DNA from: Chloroflexota bacterium
Lineage (GTDB): Bacteria; Chloroflexota; Anaerolineae; Aggregatilineales; UBA3940
DNA: 64,000 bases
Assembly: GCA_036679085.1 (NCBI GenBank)
Contig: JAZIGM010000053.1
Coordinates: 106,869 to 170,868, forward strand
Reading direction: 5' to 3'
This document shows positions 1-10,393 of this stretch, in pieces. How positions within the stretch are numbered: position 1 is the stretch's first letter; each line of letters opens with the position of its first letter. The notes under the pieces were generated by a model. It ran no database searches and had not been told where the DNA came from. It was given only the letters and a program-made list of their open reading frames with translations. The position numbers and the translations under genes are program-made.

Positions 1-1037
1 GCGAGCGTCAGCAGCATGAACATGTTGGTGCTCGTAATGCGGAAGGCGTCCTCTGCCGTGCGGTAGCCTCGGCGCGTGGGCCGGTACGGGAAGAACAGGC
101 TCAGCACAGCGATGCTCACGCCGAAGTAGTACAGCACGCTCAGCACAGGCCCCAGCAGCGGGTCGCCTGGCGCTCCCTCCCCGAGGCCGAGGCGGTTGCC
201 CCACACGCCGATCACGCCCAGCAGCGAGCGGCTTGCAGCCCGCAGCGAGCGCAGCACGGCGGCGACCTCGTTCATGGCGATCCGGCTGAGCGCCTCGGCC
301 TCGGCGAGGATGATCGGCGCGGCCACCACCGCACCGACGACCAGCATCAGCGCCAGCCCGCGCCACACGCGGCGAAGCACGCCGGACTGCGTCAGCCCGA
401 GGAACACATAAAAGGCCGGGAACACCAGCCACATCACATAGGCGACGGGGTACGTGTAGAAGGTCAGGCCGAGCGCGACGCCCGCCAGCACGAACCACAG
501 CCAGCCGTCCACGTCGGCGCGCGGGCGATCCCTGAGCGGCAGGAAGTCGTCGTCCACGTCCTCCTGCACGCGGATACCGCGCCGCATCAGCAGCGCCGCC
601 AGCATGTACACAACCGGGAAGGTGACGAGGCGCGTCGCCTCGCGGCTCGTCGATACCCCGTACTGGCTCACCGCAAGCCCCGCCATCGTGGCGAGCGCCA
701 GCCAGCGACTCTGCGTTGACACGCGCACCCACACGTACACAAGCACGGTCAGCAGCACCCCGAACAGCCCCGAGGTCAGCCGCCCGGCGACAAGGTCATC
801 GTCGATGACCAGCATCGCTACGGCGACCGCCCCGGCGAAGAGCGGCTCGTGCCGGTGGTTGGGGTGCTGAAACACGAGCGCAGGCTCCCCGGCGAGCATC
901 GCTCGCGCGTCCTCGGCGTGCCGCAGCTCGGCGAGTGTCGGCACTGCCGACCCCGGCGCAGCCAGCCTCAGCGCCGCGCCGATGAGCAGGATGATCACGA
1001 ACAGCACGATCTCCGTCGTGCGCGCCTGGGCTGCCAT
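1..1037 (-). CDS. ArnT/PMT-like (GT-C, family-39-like) polytopic membrane glycosyltransferase, N-terminal part; continues past the window start
   Basis: Open minus-strand frame from ATG at 1037-1035 to the window edge; absent from the ORF track because there is no stop here. Hand translation MAAQARTTEIVLFVIILLIGAALRLA...HEPLFAGAVAVAMLV...AGRLTSGLFGVLLTVLVYVW is multi-TM. It resembles the N-terminal loop region of the GT39-like ORFs at 26510 and 34835. High GC3. Confidence 0.6.
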   Translation of the reverse strand, partial: MAAQARTTEIVLFVIILLIGAALRLAAPGSAVPTLAELRHAEDARAMLAGEPALVFQHPNHRHEPLFAGAVAVAMLVIDDDLVAGRLTSGLFGVLLTVLVYVWVRVSTQSRWLALATMAGLAVSQYGVSTSREATRLVTFPVVYMLAALLMRRGIRVQEDVDDDFLPLRDRPRADVDGWLWFVLAGVALGLTFYTYPVAYVMWLVFPAFYVFLGLTQSGVLRRVWRGLALMLVVGAVVAAPIILAEAEALSRIAMNEVAAVLRSLRAASRSLLGVIGVWGNRLGLGEGAPGDPLLGPVLSVLYYFGVSIAVLSLFFPYRPTRRGYRTAEDAFRITSTNMFMLLTL

Positions 1038-1069
1038 TGCAGCCTCCGGGGGTGTGGCTTGCTGCGCCA

Positions 1070-1996
1070 TCACGAGCACACTCGCTGGACAGCGGGGTGA
1101 TCAGCGCCCGCGCTGGTCAGGTAGCACTGGAGTGCGTAGACGCCACGCAGATTCTGGGCGAACTCCGGCTCGGTCTGCGTGTTCAACTCGATGATCGCCG
1201 CCGGGATGCCCTGCGCGGCAAGCCAGTTCGACGCATCGCCGGAAACCTCATAATAGTCGAACTGGCCGTAGGTGTAGCCGGTAGCTTCCTCCAGCATTTC
1301 GCCCATCCAGTCAGCGGCAGGGTGGTCGTCACCGCACTCGCCCATAAAAACGCCGCCCGCCGCGCTGTGATAGAACACGACCGCAGCCGGGGGTTCTGTC
1401 AGGAAGAAATCGCGTAGCGCCTGCGACTCCGGCTCGGAGAAGGGCCCTGTACCGGGGTTGACCGTCATATCCTGCACGACCGCCGTCTCCGACCACTCAC
1501 AGCCCCAGTTGCGGTTAAGGTCCACGCCGTTGGCATTAAAGCGGGCCTCGACGCCTGAGCCGCGCACAAGCCCGTCGGGGTTGGCGGCAGGGATGATCAC
1601 GATCTCCACGCCGGGCAGCACGTCCTCCGGGTGATCGCGGAAGTGGTCGATGAGCAGTTCGGCCAGCAGCGCGGAGTTGGCCTCGAACCCGCCGTGAATC
1701 GCGCCGACGAGCACCAGCCGCCGCTCACCCTCACCGAAGCGCCACGCCCAGATGGGCCGCCCTTCCACCGACCGCCCGATGTCGAAGCGGTCGTCTGCCG
1801 GGTCGGGGGTGGCGTCCAGCCCGCTGATCGCCGCCAGGCGCGCGTCGTCTGCGCCGTTGGCGGTGGGCGTGACCCCGTCCGGCATCGGCGGAAGCTGGCC
1901 GGGCGCGAGCGTCGAGGGCAGGCTGACGCGCTCCGCGCCGCAGGCGGCCAGCAGGCAGGCAAGCACGATGAGAATGAGCGTCGTCCAGCGTGACAT
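1070..1996 (-). CDS. M14-family zinc carboxypeptidase, lipoprotein
   Basis: 308-aa ORF with lipoprotein-type signal (LACLLAAC/G). IHGGFE, NANGVDLNRNW and FYHSAAGG motifs are typical of peptidase M14. Confidence 0.8.
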   Translation of the reverse strand: MSRWTTLILIVLACLLAACGAERVSLPSTLAPGQLPPMPDGVTPTANGADDARLAAISGLDATPDPADDRFDIGRSVEGRPIWAWRFGEGERRLVLVGAIHGGFEANSALLAELLIDHFRDHPEDVLPGVEIVIIPAANPDGLVRGSGVEARFNANGVDLNRNWGCEWSETAVVQDMTVNPGTGPFSEPESQALRDFFLTEPPAAVVFYHSAAGGVFMGECGDDHPAADWMGEMLEEATGYTYGQFDYYEVSGDASNWLAAQGIPAAIIELNTQTEPEFAQNLRGVYALQCYLTSAGADHPAVQRVCS

Positions 1997-2226
1997 AGTG
2001 AGAATGATAGCGGGCAGGCGGGAAGCGCGCCAGAAGGGGCAGGGGCGGCGTTTGCAGAAAGCCCTGCCCGTGCCGCTTGCCTCTGCACATTGCCATGAGT
2101 ATGATGAAAGCAGTCTTCTATCGAAATTTTAACCGGGCAATCCGCCGGGCAGCCCGCCGCCCTGCCCGGCACTATACGCCAGACTCTCTGTTAGGCGGCG
2201 TCCGCGATTCATCATGGGAGCCAGGT

Positions 2227-3885
2227 ATGCGCATTCGTCGTGCTGTCATTCTTAGCGCCGTGCTGCTCATCGCGCTGTTCTTAGCAACCATCTCAACGGC
2301 ACAGGCCCAGCAGCGGATCCACATCGTACAGCCGGGGGAAACGCTCTCCGGCATTGCCCTGCGCTACGGCGTGACTGTCCAGCAGATCGCGGCAGTCAAC
2401 AACATTGTCAACCCCTCGCTGATCTTCGTTGGCCAGCGGCTGATCATCCCCGGCCCCGAGCCGCCGCCTCCCGGCGACACGACGACCTACACCGTCCAGC
2501 GTGGAGACACCTTGGGGGGCATCGCACGCCGCTACAACACCACCGTCGCCACGCTGGTGCAGCTCAACGGCCTGACCAACCCCAACCTGATCTTTGTGGG
2601 GCAGGTGCTTGTCGTGCCCGCACCGGCCCAGCCACAGCCCACGGCGACAAGCCCGCAGCAGCCCCAGCCGACCGCCACCTCGGCGCAACCGACGCCCGTC
2701 CCTGAGCGGGTGACGTACACCGTCCAGCGCGGGGACACGCTCTCCCGCATTGCGCTGCGCTACGGCGTCACCGTGCAGGAGCTGGTGATGCTGAACAACA
2801 TCGCTAACCCCAACCTGATCTACCCGGGTCAGGTGCTTATCATCCGGCAGGGGCCTGCGCCGCAGCCGACGGCCACGTCGGTGCCGCCGACGCAAGGCCC
2901 GACCAACACCGCGCCCCCGCCGACAGCGACACAGGTTCCGTCGCGCCTGACGCACACCGTCCAGCGCGGGGAAACGCTCTCCGGTATTGCCCTGCGCTAC
3001 GGCGTGACCGTGCAGGAGCTGGTGCAACTCAACAACATCTCTAACCCCAACCTGATCTACCCCGGTCAGGTGCTCGTCATCCGGCCCGGCCCGCAGCCGA
3101 CCGCCACGGCAGTGCCGCCAACGGCAACCATCGCACCGACCAGCACGAGGGACCCCAACGCGCCGCCGACGGCCTCGCCAACAGCGCTGCCGGGCGGCAT
3201 CCCGACGCCTACGCCCATCGTCCGCCCGACCAGCTCGGCCCCGCTCGGCCCGAACCTGTTTGCCAATCCGGGCTTTGAGGGCAATGCGCGGCAGGTCGGC
3301 GCAACGGGGGTCAACGTGGTCGGCGAGTGGCAGCCCTTCTACTGCGCCGAGCCTTACACCAGCGCGCCCTGCCCGGCGCTGCGCCGGGGTCAGGGCAACC
3401 CCTCCGACCTGCTGATGGGTCGCCCTCGCTTCGATCCGGTGACGGCAGCGAACCGCGTCCACGGCGGCACGTCGGCGCAGTCGTGGGCCTGCCGCTATAT
3501 CACCTGCCGCGCGGGCGTCTTCCAGACGGTCGAGACGCAGCCGGGCAGCCAGTGTGAGGCGGGCGCATACGTGCAGTCGCACAGCTCACACACCTCAGAC
3601 GTGCGATCCGACCTGGCGCTTGGCTCAGACCGCGAGAACTCGGCCTGGCGCATCATCGTGGACCTCAACGGCGGGACGAACGCCTTTGCCCAGGGGAGCA
3701 ACATGCTGTCGAGCCGGACCTTCGGCTACGACGACGGCATCTATGACCAGTTCGCGCTGATCCGCTTCACCTTCACCGCGACGGGGAACCGGACGACCGT
3801 GTTCTTTGAGGACGTGCGGTTGTGGCCGTTCTCCCGCAATGTCAGCTACATCGATGACGCGTACGTGCGCTGCACCACGCCATAG
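2227..3885 (+). CDS. Secreted protein with 4 LysM repeats, Pro/Thr/Gln linkers and a Cys-containing C-terminal CBM-like domain
   Basis: Start moved to ATG 2227 (GGGAG upstream; signal-like [19 protein letters not shown]). Four copies of Y/HxVQxGxTLxxIAxRYxxTVxxLxxxNxxxNPxLIxxGQxLxxP. The C-terminus begins [10 protein letters not shown] and carries 7 Cys. Confidence 0.85.
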   Translation: MRIRRAVILSAVLLIALFLATISTAQAQQRIHIVQPGETLSGIALRYGVTVQQIAAVNNIVNPSLIFVGQRLIIPGPEPPPPGDTTTYTVQRGDTLGGIARRYNTTVATLVQLNGLTNPNLIFVGQVLVVPAPAQPQPTATSPQQPQPTATSAQPTPVPERVTYTVQRGDTLSRIALRYGVTVQELVMLNNIANPNLIYPGQVLIIRQGPAPQPTATSVPPTQGPTNTAPPPTATQVPSRLTHTVQRGETLSGIALRYGVTVQELVQLNNISNPNLIYPGQVLVIRPGPQPTATAVPPTATIAPTSTRDPNAPPTASPTALPGGIPTPTPIVRPTSSAPLGPNLFANPGFEGNARQVGATGVNVVGEWQPFYCAEPYTSAPCPALRRGQGNPSDLLMGRPRFDPVTAANRVHGGTSAQSWACRYITCRAGVFQTVETQPGSQCEAGAYVQSHSSHTSDVRSDLALGSDRENSAWRIIVDLNGGTNAFAQGSNMLSSRTFGYDDGIYDQFALIRFTFTATGNRTTVFFEDVRLWPFSRNVSYIDDAYVRCTTP

Positions 3886-3959
3886 TTTGGCCCCTTCTGA
3901 ATCAAAAAGGCGGGTGAAGGATTAGCCTTCGCCCGCCTTTGCTGTCTGATCGATGCGTG

Positions 3960-4760
3960 TTACTTCAGCAGCCAGCCGCCGTCCACGACGATCACTTCCC
4001 CGGTGACGTACGTCGTCCCGGCGCTGGCGAGGTACAGCACCGCGTTGGCGATGTCGTCCGGATGCCCCCAGCGGCGCATCGGGATAGCGTTCTGGATTCC
4101 CTGGACCTGCGCCTTGAGTTCCTCCGGGGCAGTCTCGCCGCCGCCCATCCCCGTGCCCGGCGTCGCAACTGCACCGGGAGCCACGGCGTTAACGGTGATC
4201 CCGTGCTCGGCCAGCTCCAGCGCCATGGCCTTCGTCATCATGATCACCGCGCCCTTGGAGGCGTCGTAGTGGACGAGGTTGCCGGACGGGCGGAAGCCGT
4301 CGATGGAGGCGATGTGGATGATGCGCCCGCCGTTCCCCTGCTTGACCATCTGCCGGGCCGCCGCCTGCGAGTGCAGGTAGACGCCCATCACGTTGACGTC
4401 CAGCACCTTCCGCACCATATTGGTGTCGGCCTCAAGGAAGGGGGCCGGCGGGAAGATACCGGCGTTGTTCACGAGAATATCAAGGCTACCAAACGTGTCG
4501 ACCGCCAACTGCGTCACACGTGCTACATCATCAGGGTTGCTGGCATCCGCCTGTGCCGCCAGCGCCCTGCCGCCGCCATTACTGTTAACTTCCTGCACGG
4601 TTCGCTCGGCGCTGGCGAGGTCCAGGTCGGCCACGACGACATTCGCGCCAGCTTCCGCCAGCCGCTTGACGATGCCCGCGCCAATGCCCATCGCGCCGCC
4701 GGTAACGAGCGCCGTCTTGCCGGAAAGGTCATACAGTTCCTGAATAGAGGGTAAAGCCAT
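3960..4760 (-). CDS. Short-chain dehydrogenase/reductase (FabG/glucose-1-DH-like)
   Basis: 266 aa with TGGAMGIG cofactor motif, NNAG, and YDASKGAV catalytic YxxxK. Confidence 0.9.
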   Translation of the reverse strand: MALPSIQELYDLSGKTALVTGGAMGIGAGIVKRLAEAGANVVVADLDLASAERTVQEVNSNGGGRALAAQADASNPDDVARVTQLAVDTFGSLDILVNNAGIFPPAPFLEADTNMVRKVLDVNVMGVYLHSQAAARQMVKQGNGGRIIHIASIDGFRPSGNLVHYDASKGAVIMMTKAMALELAEHGITVNAVAPGAVATPGTGMGGGETAPEELKAQVQGIQNAIPMRRWGHPDDIANAVLYLASAGTTYVTGEVIVVDGGWLLK

Positions 4761-4973
4761 CTGCTGAACTCCTGTCTAGTAAACACCCGATACCATTGAT
4801 TCTCGGGTTAGTGGTCCAGTTAGCGGACCATTCTTTACAAATACGAGTATAATTGCCCTAAAAGTCCCCAACAAGTGAAATTTGTCACAATAAAAACGTT
4901 ACAAGAGCTATTGAGCTATAACGCCTATCCCGCTCCTACCGGCAAGAGTATAATCCGGGTGGAAGGAATTGTT

Positions 4974-5204
4974 ATGCGGGGGTGCATGATGACCAACTCG
5001 ACACTGGAGGACCAGCTTATTGAGCAGATCCGGCGCATGAATCGCGAGCAACAGCAGCAGATGCTTGATTACGCTCAGTCCCTGCTCCGCCCTCGCGGCC
5101 TCTCAGGAAAGGAGATGATCGAGCTAGCTCGCCAGCTCAACTTCCCCAAAGAGGACCTGGAAGAAATGAGGGCAGCGATCGAAGAAGAATGCGAGAGAAT
5201 TTAA
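4974..5204 (+). CDS. Small (76 aa) antitoxin-like protein, no partner toxin gene
   Basis: ATG 4974 is preceded by GGAAGGA; TATAAT at 4949-4954. Sequence ...LIEQIRRMNREQQQQMLDYAQSLL...GKEMIELARQLNFPKEDLEEMRAAIEEECERI resembles small type II antitoxin-like proteins I recall from cyanobacteria/Chloroflexi. It sits in a low-GC pocket. The start is uncertain (track ORF begins at 4875). Confidence 0.5.
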   Translation: MRGCMMTNSTLEDQLIEQIRRMNREQQQQMLDYAQSLLRPRGLSGKEMIELARQLNFPKEDLEEMRAAIEEECERI

Positions 5205-5221
5205 CCATACTGAAATCAAAC

Positions 5222-5250
5222 AAAACGACCGGCGTTGTGCCGGTCGTTTT
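5222..5250. terminator. Bidirectional intrinsic terminator between the small ORF and gyrB
   Basis: AAAA-CGACCGGC-GTTGT-GCCGGTCG-TTTT: 8-bp GC stem with an A-run on one side and a T-run on the other, between convergent genes. Confidence 0.75.
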
Positions 5251-5301
5251 CTTAAGCGATCAATTTAGTGATTGAGAGACTAGTCCCCGTTTCTCGCCAC
5301 C

Positions 5302-7245
5302 TTACACGTCCAGGTTGCGCACGTTCTTCGCGTGCGTCGTGATGAACCGCTTGCGCGGCGGCACGCTGCTGCCCATCAGCATGTCGAACGTGCGGTCGGC
5401 AGCGGCGGCATCTTCGATCGTCACCTGCAGCAGGATGCGGTTCTCCGGCTGCATGGTCGTCTCCCAGAGCTGCTCCGGGTTCATCTCGCCCAGCCCCTTG
5501 TAGCGCTGGATCTCCAGCTTCTTGCCGTTGAGTTGCTGGACCAGCGCCGTGCGCTCCGCCTCGCTGTAGGCATAGTAGCGCTCGCGCCCGGCTTTGATGA
5601 GGTACAGCGGCGGCTGCGCGATGTACAGGTGCCCCTCCTCGATCAACTCCGGCATGTAGCGGAAGAAGAACGTCAGGAGCAGCGTACGGATGTGCGCGCC
5701 GTCCACGTCGGCGTCCGTCATGATGATGATGCGCCCGTAGCGCAGCTTCGTCAGGTCGAACTCCTCGCCGATGCCGACGCCCAGCGCCGAGATCAGCGCC
5801 TGGATCTCCTTGTTGTCCAGCACGCGGTCCAGCCGGGCGCGCTCGGTGTTGAGGATCTTGCCGCGCAGCGGCAGGATGGCCTGGAAGTGCCGGTCGCGCC
5901 CCTGCTTGGCGCTGCCGCCTGCGCTGTCGCCCTCGACGATGTACAGCTCCGTCTCCTCCGGGTTGGTCGAGGAGCAGTCGGCCAGCTTGCCGGGTAGCGT
6001 CGTGCTCTGAAGCGGGCTGCTGCGGATGAGGTCGCGCGCACGCTTGGACGCGATCCGCGCCCGCGCCGACACCAGCGCCTTGTCATAGATTGCCTTGGCG
6101 CTGCGGGTGTCCATCTGCAGGAACTCGCCGAACTTGTCGTTGACGAGCGACTGCACCAGCCCCTTGACCTCCGAGTTCATGAGCTTGACCTTCGTCTGGC
6201 TCTCGAACTGCGGGTCCGGGTGCTTGATGCTGACGATAGCCGTCAGACCTTCGCGGGTATCGTCGCCGGTGAAGTTCGGGTCGTTGTCCTTCAGCACGCC
6301 AGCCTTACGCGCATGGAAGTTGATGGCGCGGGTCAGCGCCGCGCGCAGGCCCTCCAGGTGCGTGCCGCCGTCCGGCGTGTTGATGGTGTTAGCGAAGGCC
6401 AGCACCGACTCGGCGTAGTAGTCCGCATACTGCACCGCGAACTCGATCTCAATCGTGCCGATGTTCTCCACCTCGTACGATCCGCTCGCGTACACCACGT
6501 CGTGCAGCGGCTTGCGGTTGCGGTTCAGGTAGCGGACGAACGAGGCGATCCCGCCCTCGAAGTAGAAGCAGGTTTCCCGCGGAAAGGGTTCGACGCGCTC
6601 GTCACGAAGCTCGATGGTCACGCCGCGCGTCACGAACGCCATCTCGCGGAAGCGCGTGCGCAGCAGGTCGTAGCTAAACTCGGTCTCGGGGAAGATGTCC
6701 GGGTCGGGCCAGAAGAGCGTACGCGTGCCGGTGACGCCGTCATGCTCGCCGATCACCTCGACCTCAGTGACGGGCACGCCGCGCTTGTAGCGCTGGCGAT
6801 AGATCTTGCCATCGCGTGAATAGACCGTGACCTCACACCCGCGTGAGAGGGCGTTAACTGCCGTCACACCGACGCCGTGCAGGCCGCCCGACACCTTGTA
6901 AGCCCCGTCACCAAACTTACCACCGGCGTGAAGCTCAGTCATGACGAGCTGGAGTGTCGAGATGCCCTCGGTGGGGTGAATGCCGACCGGGATACCGCGC
7001 CCGTTGTCTACGACCTCGACGCCCCCATCCTTGCGCAGCGTAACCTTAATGTTGTCGGCGTAGCCTGCCAGTGCCTCGTCGATCGAGTTGTCAACCACCT
7101 CAAAGATGAGATGGTGCAGCGCTTTCAGGTCCGTGCCGCCGACATACATGCCGGGCCGCATACGGATGGCTTCAAGGCCGCTCAGGTGCTGGATCTGGCG
7201 CTCGGTATATTCGGTTTCTACTCTCGGCTTTGTCTTGCTCGCCAT
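5302..7245 (-). CDS. gyrB: DNA gyrase subunit B
   Basis: 647 aa with [45 protein letters not shown] and [12 protein letters not shown], covering the GHKL ATPase plus Toprim domains. Confidence 0.97.
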   Translation of the reverse strand: MASKTKPRVETEYTERQIQHLSGLEAIRMRPGMYVGGTDLKALHHLIFEVVDNSIDEALAGYADNIKVTLRKDGGVEVVDNGRGIPVGIHPTEGISTLQLVMTELHAGGKFGDGAYKVSGGLHGVGVTAVNALSRGCEVTVYSRDGKIYRQRYKRGVPVTEVEVIGEHDGVTGTRTLFWPDPDIFPETEFSYDLLRTRFREMAFVTRGVTIELRDERVEPFPRETCFYFEGGIASFVRYLNRNRKPLHDVVYASGSYEVENIGTIEIEFAVQYADYYAESVLAFANTINTPDGGTHLEGLRAALTRAINFHARKAGVLKDNDPNFTGDDTREGLTAIVSIKHPDPQFESQTKVKLMNSEVKGLVQSLVNDKFGEFLQMDTRSAKAIYDKALVSARARIASKRARDLIRSSPLQSTTLPGKLADCSSTNPEETELYIVEGDSAGGSAKQGRDRHFQAILPLRGKILNTERARLDRVLDNKEIQALISALGVGIGEEFDLTKLRYGRIIIMTDADVDGAHIRTLLLTFFFRYMPELIEEGHLYIAQPPLYLIKAGRERYYAYSEAERTALVQQLNGKKLEIQRYKGLGEMNPEQLWETTMQPENRILLQVTIEDAAAADRTFDMLMGSSVPPRKRFITTHAKNVRNLDV

Positions 7246-7344
7246 GCTAAGATTCCTTCTCCAATGTCACTATCTCTCCTAACGGACGCTGGGGCCACCC
7301 GGCCCCCGCCTGCACCACCTCACCAGGCCGCAGAACTCCACGTA

Positions 7345-8397
7345 CTATCCCCTCGCCCGGCGACGCTCAAGCTCTGCGAGAAGCTGCTCGCGCATCTCGC
7401 GCCAGTAGCGGTACCGGTCCTTATAAAATATGAATGACGCCGCAACCAGCCCGGTGCTGATGAACGCGTTGCCGCCGATGCTCGCCAACGCCAGCCACGA
7501 CCCGGCTGGTGCGAGGTCCCACACGTAGCCCATCGCCACGCCCACCACGACGATCAGCAGCACCAGCAGCATGGTCGCCGTCATGTTCCACTGCACCACG
7601 CGGATGCTGTCCCACAGCGCCTGGAACAGGTTCTGCTCGTGCATGACCACGCCATGCACGGCAAACACCATGAACAGCCCGATCCACAGCACCAGCAACC
7701 GGCCAAACCAGTCGATAATCAGGGCAAGGACGGTCATCACCCCGCCCAGAATCGAGAAGCCCGCCGCGACAAACATGAACGGCGCATAGACGATGGCGAA
7801 CAGAATGGGCAGCAGCACCATGAACGCCGCCAGCCAGAGCAGGTTCACCGGCCAGCGCTTCAGCACGCGGCCCAGGCTGATGTGCCCCGTGCGCACCTGC
7901 TGGCCGATCAGCGTGAGGTACAGCGTGCCGAAGATCATCCCGGCAGCGATAGCCAGCAGCCACACCCCGACCATCATGAGCGGCGTCTCGACCACCCACT
8001 CCGGCGGGTTCAGCGGGAATGGCAGCGAGGCCGCCTCGCGCCCCGCCATCGACACGGGGATGCCCAGAAGCGGCACGTCCAGCACCGGCAGATACCGCTC
8101 GACCGTACTGCCCAGCGCCTCCCGCATCACCTCGGCGATCTCCGGCCAGATCTTGTCCATTTCAGGCTCGACGCTCACCACGAATGGCTTCCACAGCCGG
8201 TCATGGTAGGCATCGACCACCGTGTTGACCGCCGGGCCGAACGAGATGCGCGGCCCGACCCACAGCACAAGATCCAGCAGGATCGGCAGCAGGACGAGCA
8301 CCAGGCGGCTGGCGACCGTCTCGAAACCAAGTGTTAGCGACTCAATAACGCCGACTGGTGGCGTCGGCGCGTCAACGTTATTCGCGTTCATCACCAC
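7345..8397 (-). CDS. Polytopic membrane protein, function unknown
   Basis: 350-aa ORF with high GC3 and multiple hydrophobic segments. No motif I can name. Confidence 0.6.
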   Translation of the reverse strand: MVMNANNVDAPTPPVGVIESLTLGFETVASRLVLVLLPILLDLVLWVGPRISFGPAVNTVVDAYHDRLWKPFVVSVEPEMDKIWPEIAEVMREALGSTVERYLPVLDVPLLGIPVSMAGREAASLPFPLNPPEWVVETPLMMVGVWLLAIAAGMIFGTLYLTLIGQQVRTGHISLGRVLKRWPVNLLWLAAFMVLLPILFAIVYAPFMFVAAGFSILGGVMTVLALIIDWFGRLLVLWIGLFMVFAVHGVVMHEQNLFQALWDSIRVVQWNMTATMLLVLLIVVVGVAMGYVWDLAPAGSWLALASIGGNAFISTGLVAASFIFYKDRYRYWREMREQLLAELERRRARG

Positions 8398-8502
8398 TAT
8401 ATTCTACCACACCCTCCTCGAATTTGCGACGCGAACTCAGACATTTGTTCTAGCCGATTCATGGCGGAATGATGCTTATTTCATTACTCCACCCCCTGCA
8501 TC

Positions 8503-8630
8503 CTCTCCCCACGTCGCGGGGAGGGGGTGTTATGTCGAGACACACGTCTTACGGACCGTTGGCCTCACGAAAACTGCGGTAGGGGCGGGTCTGAGACCCG
8601 CCCCTACGGGCCATCGCATAGAAAGCCGCG
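8503..8630 (+). repeat. Composite ~128-nt repeat: GGGGTGTTATGT-GAGACAC module plus GTAGGGGCGGGTCTGAGACCCGCCCCTAC hairpin (8579-8607)
   Basis: Aligns by eye along its length with the reverse complement of 27881-28010 and partly with 21687-21765. Confidence 0.85.
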
Positions 8631-8664
8631 TAAGGTTCGTGGCGGTGCCTCCGCTATCCCCGGC

Positions 8665-9558
8665 CTATTCCGGCCCGACGTGCGCCCCGCTCAACATCTC
8701 CAGAACCCCCAGCACGGCGCTGTTGTCGAGTTCCGCCATGCCGTTGTGTAGCATCGCCTCATAAAGCTGCGCGGCGACCGCCGTCTGTGGCACGCTAACA
8801 CCGTACGCCCGCGCTGTGTCCAGCACAATACCGAGGTCTTTATGCTGCATATAAGCCTTGAACCCCGGCGAGCGGTTCCCCTCGAAGATGCGCGGCGGCT
8901 TGTTATCGAGCGTCCAGCACTGCGCCGCCCCACCCCGGATGGCCTCGACAACCCGCTCCGGGTCCACGCCGCACTTCTGCGCGAGCACCAGCAGCTCGCC
9001 CATCGCCACCATCTGCGCGGCGACCATAATCTGGTTGCAGGCCTTCGCCACCTGCCCCGCGCCGCTCTCGCCGACGTAGGTAATGGTCTTGCCCGTCGCC
9101 TGGAAGGCCGGCAAAACCTTCTCGAACGTCTCACGCGGACCGCCGACCATGATCGCCAGCGTGCCGGCCCGCGCTCCGATATCCCCACCCGATACCGGGG
9201 CGTCCAGACACTCAACCCCGACCTCGGCCAGCTTCTCGGCAACGCGGCGGGCTGTCTCCGGCTTGATGGTGCTGTGGTCCACGTAGATCAGCCCGTCATG
9301 CGCGCCCTCGATGATGCCGTCCGGCCCCAGCGCGACAAGCTCCACGTCGGGCGAGTCCGGCAGGCAGGTGAACACAATCTCGACCTGCTCGGCGACCTCG
9401 CGCGGGGAATGCGCCTCGATTGCGCCCTCGCTCACCAACTCGTTCACGATGGCACGGCTGCGGTTATGCACGACGACCTCAAACCCGGCTTTCATCAGGT
9501 TGCGCGCCATCGGCGCGCCGATCAGCCCCAGCCCGATGTAGCCCACTTTCTGCGGCAT
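8665..9558 (-). CDS. NAD(P)-dependent 3-hydroxyisobutyrate / 2-hydroxy-3-oxopropionate reductase family dehydrogenase
   Basis: 297 aa with N-terminal VGYIGLGLIGAPMARNL Rossmann motif and 6PGDH-like NAD-binding architecture. Confidence 0.85.
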   Translation of the reverse strand: MPQKVGYIGLGLIGAPMARNLMKAGFEVVVHNRSRAIVNELVSEGAIEAHSPREVAEQVEIVFTCLPDSPDVELVALGPDGIIEGAHDGLIYVDHSTIKPETARRVAEKLAEVGVECLDAPVSGGDIGARAGTLAIMVGGPRETFEKVLPAFQATGKTITYVGESGAGQVAKACNQIMVAAQMVAMGELLVLAQKCGVDPERVVEAIRGGAAQCWTLDNKPPRIFEGNRSPGFKAYMQHKDLGIVLDTARAYGVSVPQTAVAAQLYEAMLHNGMAELDNSAVLGVLEMLSGAHVGPE

Positions 9559-9752
9559 GTGTTGAGTCCTTTCACCTGGGTTGGCGGATGCGGATTGAAA
9601 CAGGAGGCACGCCCCATTTTACCGCCGACCGGGCAGGCGCGGCGAAAACCTGCCCCGGAACTCTGCAACCTTACTTCCTCTTTTGCGTAGTAATCACTGA
9701 CACGACTGCACACTTCGCCCGTGCATTGACAGGTATGTGAGGAGACAAAACG

Positions 9753-10235
9753 ATGTCGAGCTATCCAACCAGCGAACTGCCCCCGAACGAGCGACCACGG
9801 ACGGCCAATGCGGGCTGGGTTGAACGTGAACCGCTCGGCACGCGCAGCTTTGAGTATGGCGGGTATGACGCTGGCTGCTTCCACGTCAGCAGCCGCCGCA
9901 CGGGGTTGGGCCGCTTCTTCTGGCCCACGATGCTGATCTTTGCGGGGCTTATCTTCTTCATGCAGAACCTCGGCGTGCTGCCCGGCGCGCCCGGCGCGGA
10001 TGCCTGGGACTGGATGATGGTGGCGGCGGGAGCGGTCCTGCTGGGCGGGCAGTTGATCGCCGGGTTGCTGGGCGAGAGCGACGGCGGCTCCCTGTTCTGG
10101 ATGATCGGCGGGGCGGTGCTATTGATGTTCGGGTTGAGCAAGGCCCTTGGGGTGGACCTCAACTTCGGCAACTGGTGGCCCGTTATCCTGATCGCCATCG
10201 GCCTGTCGTCGCTGTTCAATAGCCTCAGGCGCTAG
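9753..10235 (+). CDS. Small polytopic membrane protein, function unknown
   Basis: 160 aa with GAGGAGA RBS upstream and four hydrophobic segments (FFWPTMLIFAGLIFF..., WPVILIAIGLSSLF). Confidence 0.6.
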   Translation: MSSYPTSELPPNERPRTANAGWVEREPLGTRSFEYGGYDAGCFHVSSRRTGLGRFFWPTMLIFAGLIFFMQNLGVLPGAPGADAWDWMMVAAGAVLLGGQLIAGLLGESDGGSLFWMIGGAVLLMFGLSKALGVDLNFGNWWPVILIAIGLSSLFNSLRR

Positions 10236-10250
10236 GCGATCATTAGAGAT

Positions 10251-10330
10251 GGAGCCGCGAAGTTTATTCGTGGCGGCGTTCTAGACGGCACCTGACCAAC
10301 CAGACCGGAGCCGCGACGTTCAGTCGCGGA
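10251..10330. repeat. Two copies of the GGAGCCGCGAAGTTTATTCGCGGCGG hairpin family
   Basis: Copies at 10251-10278 and 10307-10330. Same unit at 17671, 21588, 21831, 40930, 51576, 59295 and 60632. Confidence 0.85.
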
Positions 10331-10393
10331 TGAGTTTACCTTAACCCACAGCTATGGGGCCGGTTCAGACCGGCCCCTGCTCGTTGAACCCAC

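Noticed and set aside
9725-9752. Perfect TTGACA 22 nt upstream of the 9753 start as a promoter
   Set aside because: No acceptable -10 lies at 16-19 nt (AACGAT overlaps the start codon). Cannot be supported without a mapped TSS.
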